DNA of 64,000 bases. Origin: the human T2T-CHM13v2.0 reference genome, Homo sapiens. The position numbers and the translations under genes were made by a program. How positions within the stretch are numbered: the first letter of the stretch is position 1; each line of letters starts with the position of its first letter. The stretch lies in assembly GCF_009914755.1 (NCBI RefSeq), contig NC_060930.1, one strand, 5' to 3'. The notes below the pieces were generated by a model. The model did no database searches. It was not told where the DNA came from and saw nothing but the letters and a program-made list of their open reading frames with translations. Below, one piece after another: positions 29,590 to 41,769 of this stretch.

Positions 29590-29795
29590 CCAAACAGTAG
29601 ACACTTTATATTTTCACACTTAATCCCTGTAACAACCGTATCCCAGTGTTAAAATTATCAGGATGCAGATAAGTGAATTAGGGCTCACAGAGATTAAGCA
29701 AGTTGTCCCAGGTAACACAGCTAGCAAATAACAGAGTTGAGTTGTAATGCATGTTGCAGTCTGTATGACTTCAAAGTTCAAGCTCTTAACTAACG
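29590..29795 (-). mobile_element. MIR fragment
   Basis: 'cagataagtgaattagggctcacagagattaagcaagttgtcccaggtaacacagctag'. Confidence 0.8.
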
Positions 29796-30099
29796 TTCTG
29801 TGTCAGTATAATGATTTATATTAGATTGTAAAGTATCGTACAGTTTTGTTTATCCCTAGTTTATTTTGAAAGACATTCAACTCTTTGGTTTTAAACGATC
29901 TTCCCTAAACATAAACTTCCTGCATAGTTCCATGACTGATAAAATGAATACTCCTTCTATGTCTCTAAATGATGAGTTGTAAACATAGATACTGAAAGAT
30001 GGGAGACACAAGAGTGAAGTAGGCTAGCTGGTACTGTGAAATACGACATGGATATTATCTAAACATTTGTTATGCATGTCAGTTTATGGCATACATATT

Positions 30100-30540
30100 C
30101 TTTAAAATTTTTAAAAAATTTATCCATGTAACTAATGTTTTAAAATGTATCCATGTAGTCAATGTTGCATGGATATATTGCATAGTGGTGAAGTCAAAGC
30201 TCTTAATGTCTCCATCACTAATTTTTGACAATGCTAACAAAAACACAGTGGGGAAAGGACACTCTTTTCAGCAAATAGTGCTAGGAAAATTGGGATCACC
30301 ATATGCAGAAGACTGAAACCTGACCCCTATCTCTCACCATATACAAAAATAAACTCAAGATGGATTAGAGACTTAAATGTATGACCTGAGACTATAAAAA
30401 TATCAGAAGAAAATCTAGGGAAATCTCTTCTGGACATTGGTCCAAGCAAAGAGTTTATGACTAAGACCTCAAAAGCATAGACAACTGAAACAAAAATAGA
30501 CAATGAGACATACTTAAGCTAAAAAGCTTCTGCACAGCAC
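30100..30540. mobile_element. L1PB3/4-like insertion with inversion: minus-strand 3' end (~30100-30218) fused to plus-strand ORF2 piece (~30219-30539)
   Basis: 'atggatatattgcatagtggtgaagtc' (reverse 3'UTR end) abuts 'tttgacaa...ggggaaaggacactct...aaaaagcttctgcacagca' (sense ORF2). Confidence 0.8.
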
Positions 30541-31199
30541 ATATGATTTTTTTATATCAGGATCATAGTTAACAATTAACAAAATATATGAAAGACTACA
30601 TCTTAAATAAATGAGGACTTTGATTTTCATACTTCAGAAGTGTATAAGTGAGCCATCCATGGCTAGTGTGGTGGCTCAAATGTGCCATCAGGGTCCAGCC
30701 TCCTTCTGTCTTCATCTTTTGCCATTCTTAGCCTATTCTGCCTTCATATTCATAAAATAATGACTGTACCTCTGGCCGTTGTTTTCATGTTCCAAGAGGG
30801 CAAAGGACAAAGATCAAATAGAGAACTGGGACCATGGCAGCCAGGTCTGCCCTGGTGCCAGTCACACAGCCATTCCTAGCTGTAAGGGAAACTGGGGAGT
30901 GTTGTTTCTGAGCACATTGCCATTGAAAACAAAGATGAGGCTATGCCAGTAAGGAAGAAGAGGCGTATAGTTATTGGGCAGAAGGCTATAGGAGCAGCAA
31001 CAGTTCACAAACGTAAGCAGCCTCAAGGCAATTCAGGGGAAGCTCCCATTTCTCTAGCTGAAAGTCAGTGTTGTCACCTTAGCTACATCACTCCATTACA
31101 CAAACCCTGGGGTAAAACATAGCTGGGGCCTGCGTTATGTACAACCCCCAGGTTTCTGTTGTGTGCTGTCCCAGATACAAAGGACTCACTGAGAAACTG

Positions 31200-31420
31200 T
31201 GCTCAGTGCTATACAACTGAAAAAGCATGGGCTCGGATTCAAAAGACCAGAGTTCAAGTCTTTCATCTGCCATTTACCACCAGTGTGACCTTAGGCAAAT
31301 CATCAGCCTCAAGTTCTTCATGTGTAAAGTGTAGATGATAACACTGTCTTAGGAAATAAGGTTTCTGGGAAGTTTAAATGAGATGATGTTTATAAAAACA
31401 CCTTATGGGAAATTAAGTAT
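31200..31420 (+). mobile_element. MIR fragment
   Basis: 'gagttcaagtc...tctgccatttaccaccagtgtgaccttaggcaaatca'. Confidence 0.8.
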
Positions 31421-31537
31421 AAATACCACCTATGATTATGATGATTTTCAATTGAGCACTCAATTTGTTCATTTACTTTATTTTATTATAGGGTCACTTC
31501 ATTTTAATAATTGTATATTCAAGCCTTTGCTCTACAC

Positions 31538-31757
31538 CAGGGGATTCCAGTCTTTTGACTTCCCTGGAACACACTGGAAGAATTGTCTTGGGCCACACAT
31601 AAAATACACTAACACTAACAATAGCTGATGGGCTAGAAAAAAAATACAAAAAAAAAATCTTGTAATGTTTTAAGAAAATTTACAAATTTGTATTGGGCTG
31701 CATTCAGAGCCATCCTGGGCTGCATGCAACCCACAGGCTGTGAGTTGGACAAGTTTG
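31538..31757 (+). mobile_element. MER30 MITE, copy 2
   Basis: 'aagaattgtcttgggccacacataaaatacactaacactaa'; TSD ctctacac/ctctacat. Confidence 0.95.
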
Positions 31758-33250
31758 CTCTACATGAATCATCATGCTATGCACTGATGCTACAGAAAAA
31801 AATATGTAGAGGTATGGAAAGCATCCTTATGGTGCTCACACCTCACAATGCCTGTCTCCCTTTCAGATATGCCCTTCCCCATCTTCTTCTTTAGAATAAT
31901 TTCTCTGTGAAACTCAGCACTCAGCTCAGAAGCATCTTCAGGGCCTTCCCCAAGCTCTCTGTGGTCCTTTGGCTTCCACAACATTGCACTTTCCTGGTTC
32001 TTCTCAAATTGTTCTTCCCTTTTGTTTTTACTTTTTCCTCTTGTCTCTTTCATATTTGGACTACAGACACTCTCAGGTTCTCTGTGCCTCAGTCATGACT
32101 CTTCTTAATTGGCAAGTCCTATGGGTTAACCTCAGACACATTCATGCTTCCTGCTATTTCAGTGTGCTGACGACTATCTAATCTGTATAAGTGATTCGGA
32201 CCTGTGTCCCAAGCATCAGAACCATATATCTGACAGTTTGCTAGACATTGCCAGCAGATATCCCAAACCACTTCAAGTGCAAAATGTTCAAAATGAACTC
32301 TTCCTCATCCTGTGGACTGTGATCCCAATTCTATATTCTCTATTTCAGGTAGCCTTACTATCTACCTACCTGTCTGAGCTAGAATACTTTGAGTAAATCC
32401 TCATTCTCTCTGTTTTCTGTTCCACATCCAACCATTTATGAAGTTTTTCCTTAGCTCTAATATATTTTTCTCTTCTTCCTCATGACCACCACTGTTGATT
32501 TGAAAGCTTCAATCGCCCCCTGTATGAAGGATCTTAACAACATCCTATCTCACTCCAATGCCAGCCTACTGGTCTCAGATGCTGGCGTGAACGACCTCAC
32601 CAAAACAAAACTGACCAAATCACTCCTCTTCAAAGCCATTGACAGCTCCCTATGGTGTCTCCCACTGAGCATTTCTACTGCTCACTCTCCAAGGCAGAGA
32701 CTTTTACTCAGCATATCCATGAGTTGCCTGAGGACTCATCCAGCATGGGGACCTCTCTATTTTGGCCTGTGTGCACATGTATGTAATGAAGTCTCCCCAC
32801 AGCTCCATGGAATTCATATTCTTCAGTCAAGCACTGAATTTGCTGGACTGCACTCATTATTCTATGTATATTTTTGTTTTATGGTTTAGATTGATTATAC
32901 TGACATTAGCAGTTAAAAAATTGGGAACCATTTTAACACTTAAATGAACCACACTTAAATCTGGGTGTGTGAAGGGTAGGTCTTTTTTGCCCTTATATTC
33001 TATAAACCCTGCATCACCTTCCGAAGTGGAATCAAGAAAGAATGTGACAGTTGGAAAATTGATCAGAACTCCTGAGCAGTTACTTGGACTCCGTCTAGAT
33101 TTTTTTTTTCCCTCACTGATGTAGCAGAGCCCATTAATATGGAAGAACCTGAGTAGTCAAAATTAGTCCCTCCCTGAGACTGCACGTAGGAAAAGCATGT
33201 CCTTTGATGTTAACCTTCCTAAAAGGTTCAGATACTCTAACTACAGGCAT

Positions 33251-33262
33251 GGTGACGTCACC
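33251..33262. promoter_or_regulatory. Full cAMP-response element in a 12-bp palindrome (GGTGACGTCACC)
   Basis: TGACGTCA at 33253-33260; function unproven. Confidence 0.4.
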
Positions 33263-34054
33263 CCTTTGTGTTTGTGTGAATGGGCTAGATTAAGGAGATT
33301 AAAAAAGGAGTGGGTCAGAGGTAAATGTGGTTGAATGGCAGTGGAAGGGGTGGGGCAGCAAATCCTCACCATCTTAAGAAAACAGTCTTCATTCACGTCT
33401 TTACATGCATTTGAAAGCAGAGCAGCAGGTAGATTTTCGAATCACAACCTCTGCTCTAGGCTCTGTGTTCAATTTTTAGCTCTGGCTCTAGCAAACGGAG
33501 GACAAGGCTCATTACTGCATACATGAGGTTTTGTTTGCTTTTCAATCGAAGAGGAAGAATCATTAGGTCGTTCTCATAAGATGACACAGAAAGCTTATTG
33601 AAATGCCTTTGCAGATAGTGAGGGAAAATGTTGTTACCTAAATTTAATGATTAAGTGCATGACATATTAAACCACCCTCCTCTGGGACTTACATGCTAAT
33701 GAATAGTTCTAGCATTCATTTCAGGTTTTCAGGTACCTAAGGCAAAATGATGCACACCCTATAGAATATATAAGAATGTCAGCTTTACATATTATGTTTT
33801 CTAATTTTTAAAGAAGTTATCGAAATGCACAGATATCTCTTTCCTCACTATTAATGTTCCTGTCTAGTTGTTGGTTCATTAGTGCTGCCAATATGACTTG
33901 TCAAAAAATGCACATCTATCCATAGCATTTTCTGGTTTAAAACCTATCAACATAAGATATATTCCAAGCCTCAAGTATGAAATCCTTTACCTTCTGGGCT
34001 CTGAGTACATCTTTCCATACTTACTTTCTCCTCACACCAATTTCCTTATTTACA

Positions 34055-34510
34055 CCACATACAAGTAATATATACACACATGTATAAAGGCACAGGCACA
34101 CAAGCACATGTACATGGGCACACGCCTCACACAAGGACACAAATCTGTTTGCACATTCACAGCTCGTACATGTATACAAGGATGCATATATACAAGTGGG
34201 CAAACATATAAGACATACAGCCACATATAAAAGAACATGTATACAAGCATGCATATAGGCACACACATGATGCGCATATACATAGGAATACACATGGGTG
34301 CATATACACAAGCATTTATGTATATACTCACCCTGGCACACATGTATGCGCATACACACATACACATGGGTATGTACTGGCACACAGGCATACATGTAAG
34401 AACACACACAGGTGTGCATATGCACGTACACTCATGGAGCTATGTAGAAAGACACACATAGGGACATTCACACATACACACATGCAGACATCCAAGGACA
34501 CACACACCTA
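34055..34510. repeat. Degenerate CA/TA alternating purine-pyrimidine tract
   Basis: About 450 bp of cacacat/atacat variants. Confidence 0.9.
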
Positions 34511-34809
34511 TACTCCACTTCATGCAGATTAATTCATGTTCCTTCTTTGATCTCACTCTTATCAAGGTGGTATAGCCTTTTATTTAGTTCATAAACTAAC
34601 CAGGCTTCTTGCTTTTCCCAAGAGCACATTAATGCTACTCTCATTTTAGCAGACTGCTAAAACACCTGGCTCTTTCCCTCACCCTGCACGTAGAAGTACT
34701 CATCAGAGAAATGTGTCAGGGAGCATCATTTGAACTCACCATTGTTCAGAAATAGGCTTTTATAGAGGATCATACAATCATGGGCAGCCCATACATTCTC
34801 TTAGACCAC

Positions 34810-34930
34810 AAATATTCAAAAGAAATAGAATGAGAGCCACAGATGTAAGGTACACATATACTGTAAAGTTTTCTAGTAGCCACATTGAAAATAAACAAGA
34901 AGAAACATATAAACTAAATTTTAATAATGT
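34810..34930. mobile_element. MER33/MER3-like fragment
   Basis: 'agaaatagaatgagagccaca...ttttctagtagccacatt...ttttaataat'. Confidence 0.7.
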
Positions 34931-35175
34931 AAAGACTTTGCAAAACTCTCTCTGGATCAAATCAAATCAATAAAGAGTCAAGCATTGAAGGCTCAGAAAC
35001 TTAGAGATAAATGTGTGGCTCATCTCTGGCAAATATGTGTATAGAACTTGAAGCAGGTCTTTTGTAAACTTGCTTAACACCAGATTCATTCATTTTGATC
35101 TTTTTATTTCCCTCTGCCTAATTTTTAAGTTGTTTTTCATGTGTTTTGCACCTTGCTATATTAAATCCATTTTTT

Positions 35176-35490
<315 letters not shown>

Positions 35491-35687
35491 TTACAAGCCA
35501 TTTTAAGTCCTCTTTTTGTTGTCTAGTCTTAAGGCAAGTTAGAAAGAAGGAAAATATAAGAAGATACTCATGTTCTTTCATATTTCCATTATTATCCATG
35601 TTTGCCTCTTGGGGAAGACATTTCTGAAGCCTTCTCCCCTTGCCAGGGCAAGGAGCTCCTTGCTCTATGCACTCCAGGGGCTTACAG

Positions 35688-36335
35688 TACAGTTCATTCT
35701 ACAAAAATAACCACATTATGTGTTGCTCAAAACCACTGTGTTATAAAAAATCAAGCAGTAAAAACCACAGAACTTACGGGAAAAATGGGATTGGGGCACA
35801 ACATTTAAAAACTTTGTTAGTGACACATTAACATGAAGAGGATAGAAATCTAATAAAAACGACAACGGAGTTTGACACATATGAAATGGTTAAGAAATAC
35901 ATAAATATTATACTCACAAAAACCACAATCACTTTTGCATTGACCTAATATTACAGTAAATATGGCACTTAAACTTGAAAAGGACTCAAAATTGGCTTGT
36001 GGAAGTGGGCATCTGACAGGTTCAGCTCATAAGTTATAATAAAGAGATGGAAGGAGGGTTATCTGAAATCGGATGGAAAGTTGAAACACTGCACGAGGAT
36101 AGGTGTGTTTCATAAGCCACGAAGTGAGTTGAGGAAGCTGATGCATGTTCAGATGTGTGCATGTGTGAGTTTTTGCAACCCCACATGCTACTCAATTCAA
36201 TCTGGATTCAGTTTTCTATGTTCATCTAGTGTTCCTTACAGATGCAAAATTCATTTATGCCTACATTGTTCCCTGTGTTAAACAATCCTTGGAACAAATT
36301 TGTGTGTTTGAAATTAAGCACTGTAGCCTGAGTGC
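35688..36335. mobile_element. Old TcMar-Tigger non-autonomous element (Tigger8/9-like)
   Basis: 'aaaaaccacagaacttacgggaaaaatggg...ggggcacaaca', 'ggaaggagggttatctgaaatcgga', 'ttggaacaaatt'. Confidence 0.7.
35916..35950. mobile_element. Half MADE1 (single Hsmar1-type TIR) nested in the Tigger
   Basis: 'aaaaaccacaatcacttttgcattgacctaata' resembles MADE1 'aaaaaccgcaattacttttgcaccaacctaata'. Confidence 0.7.
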
Positions 36336-36552
36336 AGTTATTTCTATTATGGCCATATTTGTAGCTATATATTTTGGGCTGCATTCATGTTGTACTCCTT
36401 TTCTGGTCTAGACTGTAGATCCCTTGGAGGTAAGACTCACATGTCATATTTGAATCATCTTTCTATCATCTGTTCTTCCCTAACCCAGTGCCTGACACAC
36501 AGGGAGCACCTGATGTATTATTCAAATTGTGTTAATCTATGTTATCTTTGAC

Positions 36553-36556
<4 letters not shown>

Positions 36557-36600
<44 letters not shown>
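36557..36600. repeat. Perfect (TA)22
   Basis: 44 bp uninterrupted. Confidence 0.95.
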
Positions 36601-36605
<5 letters not shown>

Positions 36606-36838
36606 AATAAAAATATAAATAAAATATATATTATATATATATTAAGTTCTGGGATACATCTACAGAACGTGCAGGATTGTTACATAGGTATACATGTGCC
36701 ATGGTGGTTTGCTGCACCCATCAACCCATCATCTACATTTGGTATTTCTCCTAATGCTATCCCTCCTCTAGCCCCCCACACACCCGACAGGCCCTGGTGT
36801 GTGATGTTCCCCTCTGTGTGCCCATATGTTCTCATTGT

Positions 36839-39800
36839 TCAACTCCCACTTACGAGTGAGAATATGTGGTGTTTGGTTTTCTGTTCCTGTGTTATTTTGC
36901 TGAGAATGATGGGTTCCAGCTTCATCCATGTCCCTGCAAAGGACATGAGCTCATTCTTTTTTATGGCTGCATAGTATCCCATAGTGTATATGTGCCACAT
37001 TGTCTTTATCCAGTCTAACAGTGATGGGCATTTGGGTTGGTTCCAAGTCTTTGCTATTGTGAATAGTCGTGCAATAAACATATGTGTGCATGTGTCTTTA
37101 TAGTAGAATGATTTATAATCATTTGGGTATGTACCCAGTAATGGGATTGCTGGGTCAAATGTTATTTCTGTTTCTAGATCCTTGAGGAATCGTGCCACAC
37201 TGTTTTTCACAATGGTTGAACTAATTTACACTCCCACCAACAGTGTAAAAGTGTTCCTATTTCTCCACATCCTCTCCAGCATCTGTTGTTTCCTGACTTT
37301 TAATGATTGCCATTCTAACTGGTGTGAGATGGTATCTCATAGTGGTTTTGATTTGCATTTCTCTAATGAACAGTGATGATAAGCTTTTTTTCATATGTTT
37401 CTTGGCCACATAAATGTCTTCTTTTGAGAGGTGTCTGTTCATATCCTTTGCCCACTTTTTGATGGGGTTATTTTTTTCTTGTAAATTTGTTTAAGTTCCC
37501 TGTAGATTCTGGATATTAGCCCTTTGTTAGATGGATAGATTGCAAACATTTTCTCTCATTTTGTAGGTTGCATGTTCACTCTGATGATAGTTCCTTTTGC
37601 TGTGCAGAAGCTCTTTAATATAATTAGATCCCATTTGTCAATTTTGGCTTTTGTTGCCATTGCTTTTTGTGTTTTAGTCATGAAGTCTTTGCCCATGCCT
37701 ATGCCCTGAATGGTATTGCTTAGGTTTTCTCCTCTGGTTTTTATAGCTTTAGTTCTTACATTTAAGTCTTTAATCTATCTTCAGTTAATTTTTTTATAAG
37801 GTGTAAGGAAGGAGTCCAGTTTCAGTTTTCTGCGTATGACTAGCCAGTTTTCCCAAAACCATTTATTAAATAGGGAATCCTTTCCCCATTGCTTGTTTTT
37901 GTCAAGTTTGTCAAAGATCAGATGGTTGTAGAAGTGTGGTGTTATTTCTGAGGCTTCTGTTCTGTTCCATTGGTCTGTATGTCTGTTTTGGTACCAGTAC
38001 CATGCTGTTTTGGTTACTGTAGCCTTGTAGCATAGTTTGAAGTCAGGTAGCATGATGCCTCCATCTATATTCTTTTTGCTTAGGATTGTCTTGACTATAT
38101 GGGCTCTTTCTTTGTTCCATATGAAATTTAAAGTAGTTTTTTCTAATTCTGTAAAAAAAAGTCAATGGTAGCTTGATGGGGATAGCATTGAATCTACAAA
38201 TTACTTTGGGCAGTATGGCTATTTTCACGATATTGATTCTTCCTATTCATGAGCATGGAATGTTTTCCCATTTGCTGGTGTCCTCTCTTATATCCTTGAG
38301 CAGTGATTTGTAGTTCTCCTTGAAGAGGTCTTTCACATCCCTTGTAAGGTGTATTCCTAGGTATTTTATTCTCTTTGTAGCAATTGTGAATGGGAGTTTG
38401 CTCATGATTTGGCTCTCTGTTTGTCTCTTATTGGTGTATAGGAATGTGTGTGATTTTTGCACATTGATTGCAGAGACTTTGCTGAAGTTGCTTATCAGCT
38501 TCAGGAGTTTTTGGCTGAGACGATGGGGGGTTTTCTAAATATACAATCATGTCATCTTCAAACAGACATAATTTGATTTCCTCTCTTCCTATTTAAATAC
38601 CGTTAACTTCTTTCACTTGCCTGATTGCCCCGGCCAGAACTTCCAATACTGTGTTAAATAAGAGTGGTGAGACAGGGCATCCTTGTCTTGTACTGGTTTT
38701 CAAAGGGAATGCTTATAGCTTTTGTCCATTAAGTGTGATATTGGCTGTGGGTTTGTCATAAATAGCTCTTATTATTTTGAAATATGTTCTATCAGTACCT
38801 AGTTTATTGAGTGTGTTTAGCATGAAGGGGTGTTGAATTTTATTGAAGGCCTTTTCTGCATCTATTGAGATAATCATGTGGTTTTTGTCATTGGTTCTTT
38901 TTATATGATGGATTACGTTTATTGATTTGTATAGGTTGAACCAGCCTTGCATCCCAGGGATGAAGCTGACTTGATTGTGGTGGATAAGCTTTTTAATATG
39001 CTGCTGGATTTTGTGTGCCAGTATTTTACTGAGGATTTTTGCATCAATGTTCGTCAGGGATATTGGCCTGAAATTTTCTTTGTTGGTTGCATCTCTGCCA
39101 GGTTTTGGTATCAGGATGATGCTAGCCTCATAAAATGAGTTAGGGAGGAGTCCCTCTTTTTCTATTCTTCAGAATAGTTTCAGGAAGAATGGTACCAGCT
39201 CCTCTTTGTACCTCTGGTAGAATTAGGCTGTGAATCCATTTGGTCCTAGGCTTTGTTTTGGTTGGTAGGCTATTAATTACTGCCTCAATTTCAGAACTTG
39301 CTATTGGTCTATTCAGGGATTTGACTGCTTCCTGGTTTAGTCTTGGGAGAGTGTATGTGTCCAGGAATTTATCCATTTCTTCTAGATTTTCTAGTTTATT
39401 TGCGTAGAGGTGTTTATAGTATTCTCTGATGATAGTTTGTATTTCTGTGGGATCAGTGGTGATCTCCCCTTTATCATTTTTTGTTGTGTCTATTTGATTC
39501 TTCTCTCTTTTCTTCTTTATTAGTCTGGGTAGTAGTCTATCTCTTCTGTTAATCTTTTCAAAAAACCAGCTCCTGGATTCATTGATTTTTTGAAGGGTTT
39601 TCATGTCTCTATCTCCTTCAGTTCTGCTCTGATCTTAGTTATTTCTTGTCTTCTGCTAGCTTTTGAATTTGTTTGCTCTTGCATCTCTAGTTCTTTTAAT
39701 TGCAATGTTAGGGTCTCGATTGTAGACTTGTCTCACTTTCCCCTCTGGGCATTTAGTGCTATACATTTCCCTGTAAACACTTTAGCTGTGTCCCAGAGAT

Positions 39801-40673
39801 TCTGGTACGTTGTGTCTTTGTTCTCATTGGTTTTAAAGAACTTATTTATCTCTGCCTTCATTTCGTTAATTACTCAGTAGTCATCCAAGAGCAGGTTGTT
39901 CAGTTTCAATGTAGTTGTTGGGTTTTGAGTAAGTTTCTTAATCCTGAGTTCTAATTTGATTGCACTGTGGTCTGAGAGACTGTTTGTTATGATTTCTGTT
40001 CTTTTGCATTTGCTGATGAGTGTTTTACTTCCAATTATGTGGTCGATTTTAGAATGAGTGTTATGTGGTGCTGAGAAGTATGTATATTCTGTTGATTTGG
40101 GGTGGAGAGCTCTGTAGATGACTATTAGGTTCACTTGGTCCAGAGCTGAGTTGAAGTCCTGAATATCCTTGTTAATTTTCTGTTTCATTGATCTGTCTAA
40201 TACTGATGGTGGGGTGTTAAACTCTCCCACTATTGTTTTGTGGGAGTCTATGTCTCTTGTAGGTCTCTAAGAACTTGCTTTATGAACCTGGGTGCTCCTG
40301 TATTGGGTGCATATATATTTAGGATAGTTAGCTCTTCTTGTTGATTTGATCCCTTTACCATTAGGTAATGTCCTTCTTTGTCGTTATTTATCTTTGTTCG
40401 TTCAAAGTCTGTTCATCAGAGACTAGGACTGCAACCCCTGCTTTTTGTTGTTGTTGTTGTTGTTTTTTGCTTTCCATTTGCTTGGTAAATCTTCCTCCAT
40501 CCTTTTATTTTGAGTCTATGCATGTCTTTGCACTTGAGATGGATCTCCTGAATACAGCACACTGATCGGTCATGACTCTTTATCCAATTTGCCAGTCTGT
40601 GCCTTTTAATTGGGGCATTTAGCCCATTTACATTTAAAGTTAATATTGTTATGTGTGAATTTGATCTTGTCAT
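36839..40673 (-). pseudogene. Disrupted L1 ORF2p (endonuclease/RT)
   Basis: Fragments 'MTRSNSHITILTLNVNGLNAPIKR', 'SDHSAIKLEL' and '[11 protein letters not shown]' in many frames with stops. Confidence 0.9.
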
Positions 40674-40761
40674 TATGATGCTAGCTGTTTTTTTGTTTTT
40701 TTTGTTTTGTTTTGTTTTTTTGCCCATTAGTGATGCAGTTTCTTCATAGTGCTGATGGTCT

Positions 40762-41769
40762 TTACATTTTGGCTTGTTTTGGCAGTGGCTGGTACTGGAT
40801 TTTCCTTTCCATATTTAGTGTTTCCTTGAGGAGCTCTTGTAAGGCAGGCCTGGTGGTGATAAAATCCCTTAGCATTTGTTTGTCTGTAAAGGATTTTATT
40901 TCTCCTTCACTTATAAAGCTTAGTTTGGCTAGATGTGAAATTCTGGGTTGAAAATTCTTTCCTTTAAGAATGTTGAATATTGACCCCCACTCTCTTCTGG
41001 CTTTTAGGGTTTCTGTAGAGAGATCACTGTTAGTCTGATGGGCTTCCCTTTGTGGGTAACCCTCCTTTCTCTCTGGCTGCCCCTAACATTTTTTTCTTCA
41101 TTTCAACCTTGGTGAATCTGATGATTATTTGTCTTGGGGTTGCTCTCCTAGAGGAGTATCTTTGTGGTGTTCTCTGTATTTCCTGAATTTGAATGTTGGC
41201 CTTTCTTGCTAGGTTGGGAAGGTATACTGATGAGTGTTTTCCAACTTGGTTCCATTCTCCCGTCAATTTCAGGCACACCAATAAAGCGTTAGTTTGGTCT
41301 TTTCACATGGTCCCATATTTCTTGGAGGCTTTGTTTCTTCCTTTTTATTCTTTTTTCTCTAATCTTGTCTTCACGCTTTATTTCATTACGTTGATCTTCA
41401 ATCTCTGATATCCTTTCCACTGCCTGATTGATTTGGCTACTGATACTTGTGTATGCTTCACGAAGTTCTAGTGCTGTTTCTCAGCTCCATCAGGTCATTT
41501 ATGTTCTTCTCCAAACTGGTTATTCCAGTCAGCAATTCCTCTAACCTTTTATCAAGGTTCTTAGTTCCCTTGCATTGGGTTAAAACATGCTCCTTTAGCT
41601 TGGAGGAATTTGTTATTATCCACCTTCTGAAGCCTACTCCTGTCAATTCATCAAACTCATTCTCCATCCAGTTTTGTTCCCTTGCTGGCGAGGAATTCTG
41701 ATCCTTTGGAGGATAAGAGGCATTCTGGTTTTTGGAATTTTCAGCCTTTTTGCATTGGTTCTTCCTCAT
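40762..41769 (-). pseudogene. Disrupted L1 ORF1p
   Basis: Fragments 'MRKNQCKKAENSKNQNAS...' and 'NLARKANIQIQEIQRTPQRYSSRRATPRQIIIRF', broken by frameshifts. Confidence 0.9.

Noticed and set aside
32482-32889. 135-aa ORF
   Set aside because: Overlaps degraded L2-like sequence and has no recognisable domain.
34021-34461. Cys/His/Val/Tyr-rich ORFs of up to 136 aa
   Set aside because: Products of CA/TA low-complexity DNA that lacks stop codons.
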